From NCBI GenBank assembly GCA_036172245.1, contig JAYWIR010000090.1, forward strand, positions 124,001 through 188,000: a DNA stretch of 64,000 nt, written 5' to 3'. Of this stretch, positions 10,761-21,105 are shown piece by piece. Below the pieces are notes generated by a model, which worked only from the letters and a program-made list of their open reading frames with translations, had not been told where the DNA came from and did no database searches. Position 1 is the stretch's first letter. Each line of letters opens with the position of its first letter. Position numbers and translations under genes: made by a program. The DNA comes from Raillietiella orientalis. Its lineage: Eukaryota.

Positions 10761-11642
10761 CACCTGGACTCGCCTGTCGCCGTCGGATCCGCGCGGCCAG
10801 TTGGAATGTTAACGGGCTGCGCGACGACGGAAACAGACTAGATACAGCCGCCACCTTGCGAGATTTCGACCTGGTGCTTTTGCAGGAGATCCACGTGATC
10901 ACCGCAAAAGACGCCCAGGAGATCGAAACGATCGCAGGAGGGCGGTTGTACTGGCGATGCGGCGCCCGCAACACTTGTAGGGTCGCGTTCTTCCTAAAGC
11001 CAGCCATTAACGCGGCCGTGAAGGGCGATCGCTTTGGGGACGACGGACGGATCGGCCAACTGATTCTCAGATGGTCCGATTCGATCGACCTCATCGTCAC
11101 CAATGTGTACGCTCCTAGCGGTAAACAGGGATACCAGCAGCGCAACGCGTTACTGGAAACCTTGAAGCGCGAATGGCTGGTGGACGCGGACGTGCGAAAG
11201 GCGCATCTGATAGCACGGGATCTCAACGTCCGTCTGCTCTCAGATCAGCCCGGAGCACAGGGGAACGCGATCAACGAGTTGTGCGCCGCCATGCGCGCGC
11301 GCAACTTGTTGACAGAAATAAGCGGGTTGGTCAGCAGCGTGGACCACGTCTTCCTCGACGAAGACCTGTGCACACGGGTCGGAAAACGAGGGACACTTGG
11401 ATCGACGCTGTCGGACCATTCCCGGTTAGTATTCGAGATACGTCCGCGCGACAAGGAACCGCCTTCCAGGGATTGGCGTATGCCAGGGGACTGGACGCGC
11501 CTGTCAGGAGCGAAAGAACATCTTCGCGAATTCCTGCGAGGCGTCAGCCTCCAGAGTCTCGCGGATTGGGACCTATTTAAGGACTCGGTCCGGGAGTTCT
11601 GCGAACAGTTCCCTGTGCAACGTCTGCCCCGGGGATTCGGCG
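10760..11642 (+). pseudogene. Copy C ORF2 N-terminal part (APE endonuclease)
   Basis: SWNVNGL, LLQE, NVYAP, RDLN (degenerate GDFN), VDHVF, SDH. Confidence 0.88.
11632..11642 (+). other. Target-site duplication, left copy
   Basis: gggattcggcg; right copy gggattcgacg at 22954-22964. Confidence 0.82.
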
Positions 11643-11847
11643 TTGCCACCCGGGTACGCCCGGGGCGTTTATTGATAAACTTTACATGCGTGGTACAAGG
11701 CCCCACCACGGCCGTAAACACAGGACCTGTCGGGACACCGGGACGCAGCCCGGCGTGGCACTCCCCGACAGCGAAGGGGGATGGGGATGAGACAAAAAGT
11801 AAAATAAAAAGAAACAAACAAAAAGAAGTTGGAGGGCAGTGAAGGGA

Positions 11848-14800
11848 TCACTGGTCGCTGTGGGGAGGGCCCATCCGTCGAACGAAGCCCTCGAGGTCAG
11901 CCTGCATATTCCCCAGTTGGGGCCATCCGGCAGCTCTTCGCAAGAAGCGTTTGGCATACGGGATGACATCCCTCGCCTGTGGACCCACTCCTTCGTTGTT
12001 GGCGTCGCTCCATGCCGCCACGATACCACGGACGCAGCACAAGGCTGCGATGGCTGCGGCTGGCTGCAGTGCGTCCTTCACGAAGAGGGGCCGAAGAAAG
12101 TCTCTGGGGGTGCTGCCCGTAGGGAGCCCGAGGGTCGTCCCGAACCGTTCCCTAAGGGGTCTGAGGAAAGCACAATCCACAATAAGGTGGGGAAGCGACT
12201 CCCGCTCCCCGCACCTGGCACACCCAGGATCCACAGCTCCCCTCGTCCAGTGGAAGCGGCGCGCGTTGCAGGGTCGACCCCAGTGCAACAAAAGCAACGC
12301 CGACTCTTGCCACTTCAGGGGCAGGATCCTGGATTCTTTCATCACCGGGGGCCACTTCAGCTCATCCCTGGGGATGGCAAGCAGCTCGCCCCATCTTAAC
12401 AATCCTCGCGGCTGGACGCTCGGGGTCGAGGCGTCGGCCAGTTCTCCTGTTGTCCAGCCGCTGATCAACTTCTCCCGTCCCTCGATGCAGCAGGAGACTT
12501 GCCACCTTGGCGTCCGGGTGCTGTGAAGTGCCCTCCTTAGGAAGGGTAGCGCCGTAGCTAGGCAGGTCGTCTCTGCCCACGTGCATCTTGCTGGACTCTC
12601 CAGGAGATTCCGCAGCGTGCAGCGGGCGTAGGGGCTGCATCGGAGACGATTCCACGTTTCGTGGCTTCTCTGGTTGACTACTGCCCACGTTCCAATATTC
12701 TCCTCCAGCCAGGCGGGGGAGTTGGCGGGGCAGCAAACCATCCAGCTGTTCTCCTTGGCCAATGTTGCCATGCGACCGAGCAGTAGGCCGCATCTTCGCA
12801 TCTTCCGGCCACGGCTCAGAAGAAAAGACGCGAGTCCATCGCACCGGGACACACGGCTGGCCAGGAGGCGGGCCGGAGTGCACCAAGGGGTGCTCCACAT
12901 CTTCGCTGCGATGGCGAGGGTTCGCAACCGCAGCTGCTTTTCCACGCGCTCCAGCGTCAGGAGGCCAAGACCGCCGTCCCGACGCGGAGCGCACAAGTCC
13001 TTCAGTGGGACTCGGGGCCTCCCCTTGCCCCAAAGGGCGATACGGAGGAGGTCCTTCGTCCTCTTCTTGGATTCCACGGTGGGGGGGCAAACAAAAAGCA
13101 AGGGGCGGAGGATGGGGCCGCGAAGGGGTTCCAAACCGCGGCCCGTTCCGGCAAGTGAAACTTGCCTTCCAGGAACGGGCCGATCGCCGTCTCGACTTTT
13201 TGGAGGCAGCTGGACCACGCTTCCGCAGGGGAGTAGTCCCCCAACGGCACACCAAGGTACTTGAAGCACCTCGCCGTGTGGATCCCCAGACGGACCCAGT
13301 CCTGCTGCCCTGCCCACGCCGCACCTATTGGCACAACCGACGACTTCGCCCTGTTAACCTGCAGTCCGGTCCCGCGGCTGAGCAGATCGAAGAAGTCTCC
13401 GACCGCCATTGCCGGGGTGGACATTGGCAACAAAAGCAGAAGATCGTCGGCGTACGCTGCTACGGCGGGCGTGCCGGGGCACGAGCTCGGCAATGGGGCC
13501 AAAGTCACCCTGTACGCTCTCAGCACCAACTCAAAGTAGGTGCTGAAGAGCAGGGGGCTGAGGCTATCTCCCTGCCTTATGCCCCGTCGCACCGGCACGC
13601 CATGCACCTTGTGACCGCTGAAAGAGACGGTAATTGTCGCATTCCCACAGCAAGAGCGCAGGTAGGAAATCAGGGAGGGTGGAAAGCCTATGCGACCAAG
13701 GAGCTCCAAAAGGAGTTCCTGGTCTACACAGTCGAACGCCCTGTGGAGATCGACTGCGAGCGCTAGGGTTCCCTTCCCCGCCCGGGGTTCCCTTCCCATC
13801 CCGGCTGGCGTCCTTAATGTGGGGTTGCCGACTTTCCCTATCGCTTTCTTTTCTCTTCTTTGCAGGTGCACCCATGTGCTTGCGAAGAAGAGGTTGGCAT
13901 CCATACTTCGCCCGGGAACAGCATAAGTCTGCTCCGGGCTAATTACGGATTCTGCCACCAGCCCCAGACGCGAAGCCCATAGCCCTGCGATCAACTTGGC
14001 GTCCGTATTCACGATCGTGATCGGACGCCAGTTCTTTAAATCCCTGAGGTCTCCCCCTTTCGGCAGGAGCCTCACTCTGGCTGACCGAAACGAGGCGGGA
14101 ACATCGCCTTCGTCTCGGATCAGCCTGATCAACTTAAGCAGCAGGGGTGCGAGCTCCTCCGCGAAGCTCTGAAAGAACTCCGCGGGCAAGCCGTCTTCCC
14201 CTGGAGCTTTACGCCTCTTGAGCCTTTTGATACCGGCGAGAATTTCGCCGGTGGTAAAAGGCTCGTCGAGGCTTTCCATCTCCTCCTCCCCGATTGCCGG
14301 GGCGCCATCCGGAAGCAAGCGCCGAGAGGCGTTTCGATCCGGGGGCTGCCTGGCGTAAAGGGAGGAATAGAAACTCCGCACGAGATGCCGTACCGACGCC
14401 GGGGACGAACATTCCCGGCCCTGGTCGTCCAGCAAGCTGGCCGACCCGGATTGCCAGGCTTGGCGTTCGGCCCCGGCGCGGTACTCGGCCAGGCGACGGA
14501 CATTAGGGGTTCTCTCGTACCTACGAGCCTGTAAATAGGCCCGATGGTTGCGAGCACCCTCGCCGAATCCGGGGGCAGGCGATCCAGGGGGAACTGCTCA
14601 CAGAACTCGCGGACCGATTCCTTAAAAAGGTCCCAGTCCTGGAGATTCCGGAGCGTGACACCTCTCAGGTATTCGCGAAGGTATTCCTTCGCACCTGAGA
14701 GTCGCGTCCAGTCCCCCGGCAGACGACAATCCCTGGATGGCGGTCCCTTGTCACGAGGCCGCATCTCGAAAATTAACCGGGAATGGTCCGACAACGTCGA

Positions 14801-15442
14801 CGCAACCCTCCCCCGTTTGCCGACCCGTGAACACAGGTCAGCGTCGATGAAGACGTGGTCGATGCTGCGGACCATTCCCCTCTCACCCGCGAACAAGTTG
14901 CGCGCACGCATGGCGGCGCACAACTCGTTCATCGCGTTCTCTTGTGTTTCTGGCTCACCTGTTAGCAGACGGAGATTGAAATCTCCCGCTATCAGGTGAG
15001 CCTTCCGCACGTTCGTGTCCGCCAGCCAGTCGCGCTTCAGGGAATCCAGCAGCCTGGTACGGTCGCTGTATCCCTGTTTACCGCTGGGGGCGTACACATT
15101 CGTGACGATCACTTCGATCGAGTCGGACCAGCTGAGAATCAGCTGACCGACCCGACCGTCGTCATCGAAGCGCACGCCCTTCACGGCCGCGTCGATGGCC
15201 GGCTTCACGAAGAACGCGACCCCGCAGGTGTTGCGGAGGCCGCACCGCCAATACAGCCGACCCCTCGCGATCGTCTCGATCTCCTGGGCGTCTGCCGCGG
15301 TGATCACGTGGATCTCCTGCAGCAGGGCCAGGTCGAGCTCACGCAGGGTGTCGGCCGTATCTCGCCTGTTACCGTCGTCGCGCAGCCCGTTGACGTTCCA
15401 ACAGGCGGCGCGAATCCGACGGCGACTGGCGAGCCCAGGTGT
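11848..15442 (-). pseudogene. Copy D ORF2 (APE-RT-CCHC), frameshifts near 14571 and 13115
   Basis: ORF pieces 14129..15307, 13002..14435 and 11848..13317 carry GDFN, IDH, SDH, YADD, KYLG, CARCGERESLPHLIVDC. Confidence 0.92.
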
Positions 15443-17196
15443 TATTCCTGGGAAGATGACGATGCGGCGTCCGCCACCTGTTGGGGCGGGACGCTAGGTG
15501 GAGGAGGAGGGTCAGGCGCTGCGTGCACCTGGTCCCCCTCCTCCATGGGTAACGGCGCGTCAAGGGGGTCACCCTTAAGTGGGGTGGTGCCTACCTGTTG
15601 GCCCTCCTCCATGGGGGCGGGCTGTTCAGGCTCGGCGACTGCAGGGAGGACTTCGCCCCCCTGCTCACCCTCCTCCATGGGGGTGGCCGGCTCGAAGGCT
15701 TCCGCGCGTGGGAGTTCCCCCTCCGGGATTCCCACGCTACCGCTACCTTCCTGCTTCTCCTCCTCGCTGGTGGAGGGGAGGCGCCTCCTGGGTTTCTGGG
15801 ACTTGCGTCCCGACTTCCTGGAAGGTGCCTCCGAGGAGGAGGATGCACTTCCGGCCCCCAGGTCCGACTCACCTGTGGGGGCCTTGTTCGCGGGAGCCGG
15901 CCTTCGCACGGCCTTGCGTGAGGGGTTCTCACGCTCCGCCAGCGTGGCCGCGAGCTCCTCCGCCGCCTTTGCGAACGCGGCGTCCGCAGTGTCGACCGGC
16001 GCGTCGCGCGGCTCACCCTCTGTGTAAACAGAGGGTTCTTCGTCGCGAACCTCGGGCGCGGCGGAAACGGCGAGGTAAGGCTCGTCGCCCCGGGTGGCAA
16101 TCTCGGGAACGGCTATACGCTCCAGTGCTACCGTACATTCCCGCATGGTCTTAGAGCGCGGCCCAGGTTTTTTCGCCTTGCCGGCTGTCTTTTTTACCGC
16201 TTTCGCGGGTTCCGCGGGGTGCACCTTTTTCTCCTACCTGGCCTTGACCATCTGCCAGCCGTCTTGGACTCCCGCGTCTTCGGAGGGTTTTTCTTCCGAC
16301 GCCTGTGTGGGAGGAACAGGGGCTAGCGGCTGCTGCCGGCCAGTATCTCTTTTTGGTCTTTCGACCAGTTTACTGCGTTTTGCCTGTGCTTTTTTTGCAG
16401 CAGGCGGCACCGGAGTGGGGCGTTTAGGGCATACGCGGCGTACGTGGCCCTTCTCCCCGCATAAGTGGCACACAATGTTCGGGCACCGCTTGCGCAAGTG
16501 TCCTACTGCATTGCAGTAACCACAAAAGCGGGGTTTCCCCACGTACCAGAGGTCTACGACTTCGCCATTGACCTCTAGTTTGTGGGGAAGCCCACTCTCG
16601 TTCACCGTCACGCACGCGGCGGCCTGCCCTCCGAAAAGGCTATCGTAGCCATCGAAGATTGTGGCCTTTGGCCAAAGCGCGTGAACATCCCCGTGCTTTC
16701 TTAACTGATCACCAACCGCAGACCGCGTCATGCGGCTGGTGATCCCTGTCAGATGGACCACTACGGAGCGGTCCATCGTGACTGGTAGGATCTTGCGTCC
16801 GTCCACGTTCAGCGGGGTGGTTATCAAGCTTTGCGCTAAGGTGATGTCCTTGCAGACAACCTCAACGCGCTGACCCCCGCTTAGCACGGATAGACCGTCA
16901 AGGTCCTTTTCTAACACGTTGGCGTTCTGCAGTGCTTTCGAAAAAGCGCGTGCAGTTCGCCCGTCAAAGAGATTGCCTACCTGGTAAACCAAGCTGGGCT
17001 TGTACCCAGCTGCCCGGTAGGCCGCCATCTCGGCCATGGTTTCCGCGCTCGGCGCGGCCACCATGGCGCTCCAGCTCCTCGCCTTGAGCGGCGAGGGCGA
17101 TTCCGGGGCGGACGCCCCTGATTCTGTAGGCTGTGGGGGTGGGCAAGCCTCCCCCACACCTATATTCATCGTGGTGTCCTCAGGCATCGCTGCCAT
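15442..17196 (-). pseudogene. Copy D ORF1, single in-frame TAG at 16234-16236
   Basis: 16234..17229 and 15442..16224 share a frame; E has AAG at the stop position; two CCHC knuckles. Confidence 0.9.
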
Positions 17197-17291
17197 CGGA
17201 CACCAACGATGTTCCACACTGAACAACACAACAAAAAACCGCTTCCTGTCGACTCACTCGGGAGCGAAGGAAAAACACGTCCACTCGCCAA

Positions 17292-17302
17292 GGGTTTCGG
17301 CG
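17292..17302 (+). other. Target-motif spacer between tandem copies D and E
   Basis: gggtttcggcg between D's 5' end and E's 3' end. Confidence 0.8.
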
Positions 17303-17508
17303 TTGCCACCCGGGTACGCCCGGGGCGTTTATTGATAAACTTTACATGCGTGGTACAAGGCCCCACCACGGCCGTAAACACAGGACCTGTCGTGACACCG
17401 GGACGCAGCCCGGCGTGGCACTCCCCGACAGCGAAGGGGGATGGGGATGAGACAAAAAGTAAAATAAAAAAGAAACAAACAAAAAGAAGTTGGAGGGCAG
17501 GGAGGGGA

Positions 17509-20500
17509 TCACTGGTCGCTGTGGGGAGGGCCCATCCGTCGAACGAAGCCCTCGAGGTCAGCCTGCATATTCCCCAGTTGGGGCCATCCGGCAGCTCTTC
17601 GCAAGAAGCGTTTGGCATACGGGATGACATCCCTCGCCTGTGGACCCACTCCTTCGTTGTTGGCGTCGCTCCATGCCGCCACGATGCCACGGACGCAGCA
17701 CAAGGCTGCGATGGCTGCGGCTGGCTGCAGTGCGTCCTTCACGAAGAGGGGCCGAAGAACGTCTCTGGGGGTGCTGCCCGTAGGGAGCCCGAGGGTCGTC
17801 CCGAACCGTTCCCAAAGGGGTCGGAGGGCAGCACAATCCCCAATAAGGTGGGGAAGCGACTCCCGCTCCCCGCACCTGGCACACGCAGGATCCACAGCTC
17901 CCCTCGTCCAGTGGAAGCGGCGCGCGTTGCAGGGTAGACCCCAGTGCAACAAAAGCAACGCCGACTCTTGCCACTTCAGGGGCAGGATCCTGGATTCTTT
18001 CATCACCGGGGGCCACTTCAGCTCATCCCTGGGGATGGCGAGCAGCTCGCCCCATCTTAACAATCCTCGCGGCTGGACGCTCGGGGTCGAGGCGTCGGCC
18101 AGTTCTCCTGTTGTCCAGCCGCTCATCAACTTCTCCCGTCCCTCGATGCAGCAGGAGACTTGCCACCTTGGCGTCCGGGTGCTGTGAAGTGCCCTCCTTA
18201 GGAAGGGTAGCGCCGTAGCTAGGCAGGTCGTCTCTGCCCACGTGCATCTTGCTGGACTCTCCAGGAGATTCCGCAGCGTGCAGCGGGCGTAGGGGCTGCA
18301 TCGGAGACGATTCCACGTCTCGTGGCTTCTCTGGTTGACTACTGCCCACGTTCCAATATTCTCCTCCAGCCAGGCGGGGGAGTTGGCGGGGCAACAAACC
18401 ATCCAGCTGTTCTCCTTGGCCAATGTTGCCATGCGCCCGAGCAGTAGGCCGCATCTTCGCATCTTCCGGCCACGGCTCAGAAGAAACGACGCGAGTCCAT
18501 CGCACCGGGACACACGGCTGGCCAGGAGGCGGGCCGGAGTGCACCAAGGGGTGCACCACATCTTCGCTGCGATGGCGAGGGTTCGCCACCGCAGCTGCTT
18601 CTCCACGCGGTCCATCGTCAGGAGGCCAAGACCGCCGTCCCGACGCGGAGCGCACAAGTCCTTCAGAGGAACTCGGGGCCTCCCCTTGCCCCAAAGGGCG
18701 ATACGGAGGAGGTCCTTTTTCCTCTTCTTCGATTCCACGGTGGGGAAGCAAACAAAAAGCAAGGGCGGAGAATGGGGGACGCGAAGGCGTTCTAAACCGC
18801 GGCCCGTTCCGGCAAGTGAAACTTTCCTTCCAGGAACGGGCCGATCGCCGTCTCGACTTTTTGGGGGCAGCTGGCCCACGCTTCCGCAGGGGAGTAGTCC
18901 CCCAACGGCACACCAAGGTACTTGAAGCACCTCGCCGTGGGGATCTTCAGACGGATCCAGTCCTGCTGCCCTGCCCACGCCGCACCTATTGGCACAACCG
19001 AGGACTTCGCCCTGTTAACCTGCAGTCCGGTCCCGGGGCTGAGCAGATCGAAGAAGTCTCCGACCGCCTTTGCCGGGGTGGACATTGGCAACAAGAGCAG
19101 AAGATCGTCGGCGTACGCTGCAACGGCAAGCGTGCCGGGGCACGAGCTCGGCAATGGGGCCAGAGTCACCCTGTACGCTCTCAGCACCAACTCAAAGTAC
19201 GTGCTGAAGAGCAGGGGGCTGAGGCTATCTCCCTGCCTTATGCCCCGCCGCACCGGCACGCCATACACCTTCTGTCCACTGAAAGAGACGGTAATCATCG
19301 CCTTCCGCCAGCAAGAGCGCAGGTAGGAAATCAAGGAGGGTGGGAAGCCCATGCGACCCAGAAGCTCCAAAAGGAGTTCCTGGTCTACACAGTCGAACGC
19401 CTTGTGGAGACGGACTGCGAGCGCTAGGGCCCCCTTCCCCGCCCGGGGGTCTTTTCCCAGCCCGGCTGGCGGCCCCAATGTGGGGTTGCCGACTTTCCCT
19501 ATCCCTTTCTTCTCTCTTCTCTGCAGGTGCACCCATGTGCTTGCGAAGAAGAGGTTGGCATCCATACTTCGCCCGGGAACAGCATAAGTCTGCTCCGGGC
19601 TAATTACGGATTCTGCCACCTTTCCCAGACGCGAAGCCCATAGCCCTGCGATCAACTTGGCGTCCGTATTCACGATCGTGATCGGACGCCAGTTCTTTAA
19701 ATCCCTGAGGTCTCCCCCTTTCGGCAGGAGCCTCACTCTGGCTGACCGAAACGAGGCGGGAACATCGCCTTCGTCTCGGATCAGCCTGATCAACTTAAGC
19801 AGCAGGGGTGCCAGATCTTCCGCGAAGCTCTGAAAGAACTCCGCGGGCAAGCCGTCTTCCCCTGGAGCTTTACGCCTCTTGAGCCTTTTGATACCGGCGA
19901 GAATTTCGCCGGTGGTAAAGGCTCGTCGAGGCTTTCCATCTCCTCCTCCCCTATTGCCGGGGCGCCATCCGGAAGCAAGCGCCGAGAGGCGTTTCGATCC
20001 GGGGGCTGCCTGGCGTAAAGAGAGGAATAGAAACTCCGCACGAGATGCCGTACCGACGCCGGGGACGAACATTCCCGGCCCTGGTCGTCCAGCAAGCTGG
20101 CCGACCCGGATTGCCAGGCTTGGCGTTCGGCCCCGGCGCGGTACTCGGCCAGGAGACGGACATTAGGGGTTCTCTCGTACCTACGAGCCTGTAAATAGGC
20201 CCGATGGTTGCGAGCACCCTCGCCGAATCCGGGGGGCAGGCGATCCAGGGGGAACTGCTCACAGAACTCGCGGACCGATTCCTTAAAAAGGTCCCAGTCC
20301 TTGAGATTCCGGAGCGTGACACCTCTCAGGTATTCTCGAAGGTATTCCTTCGCACCTGAGAGTCGCGTCCAGTCCCCCGGCAGACGCCAATCCCTGGATG
20401 GCGGTCCCTTGTCACGAGGCCGCATCTCGAAAATTAACCGGGAATGGTCCGACAACGTCGACGCAACTCTCCCCCGTTTGCCGACCCGTGAACACAGGTC

Positions 20501-21105
20501 AGCGTCGAGGAAGACGTGGTCGATGCTGCGGACCATTCCCCTCTCACCCGCGAACAAGTTGCGCGCACGCATGGCGGCGCACAACTCGTTCATCGCGTTC
20601 TCTTGTGTTTCTGGCTCACCTGATAGCAGACGGAGATTGGAATCTCCCGCTATCAGGTGAGCCTTCCGCACGTTCGTGTCCGCCAGCCAGTCGCGCTTCA
20701 GGGAATCCGTGCGCCCGGCATTGTCAGCGTATCCCTGTTTACCGCTGGGGGCGGCACAGTTCGGTGATCGATCGGATTGATCGAGTCGGACCAGCTGAGA
20801 ATCAGCTGACCGATCCGACCGTCGTCATCAAACCGCACGCCCTTTACGGCAGCGTCGATGGCCGGCTTCACGAAGAACGCGACCCCGCAGGTGTTGCGGA
20901 GGCCGCACCGCCAATACAGCCGACCCCCCGCGATCGTCTCGATCTCCTGGACGTGCGCCGCGGAGATCACGTGGATCTCCTGTAGCAAGGCCAGGTTGAA
21001 CTCACGCAGTGGGTCGGCTGTGTCTCGCCTGTTGCCGTCGTCGCGCAGCCCGTTGACATTCCAACAGGCGGCGCGAATCCGACGGCGACTGGCGAGCCCA
21101 GGTGT
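17509..21105 (-). pseudogene. Copy E ORF2 (APE-RT-CCHC), frameshifted
   Basis: Pieces 20698..20988, 19790..20671, 18792..20072, 17509..18978; YADD present; GDSN instead of GDFN; indel cluster at ~20705-20780. Confidence 0.92.

Larger units (their letters stand above)
8792..11642 (+). mobile_element. Copy C, 5' part (5' UTR, ORF1, EN); interrupted by D+E and continued at 22954
   Basis: 5' end TTGGCGAGTGGACGTG shared with D and E; ORF2 reads ...EQFPVQRLPRGFG and then switches to the reverse complement of D's 3' end. Confidence 0.92.
11643..17291 (-). mobile_element. Copy D, full-length (~5.65 kb), inserted antisense into C
   Basis: Complete 5' UTR-ORF1-ORF2-3' UTR on the minus strand; AATAAA at 11668-11673(-). 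Confidence 0.95.

Noticed and set aside
10856..11842. Apparent standalone endonuclease genes with novel C-termini (also 25868..26785 and 22793..23452)
   Set aside because: Chimeric read-through across insertion junctions into the antisense UTR of the inserted copy
17197..17291. HDV-like ribozyme at the element 5' end
   Set aside because: GGCGAG/TTCGCT could form a P1-like stem, but no P3/L3, P1.1 or J4/2 arrangement could be built by eye
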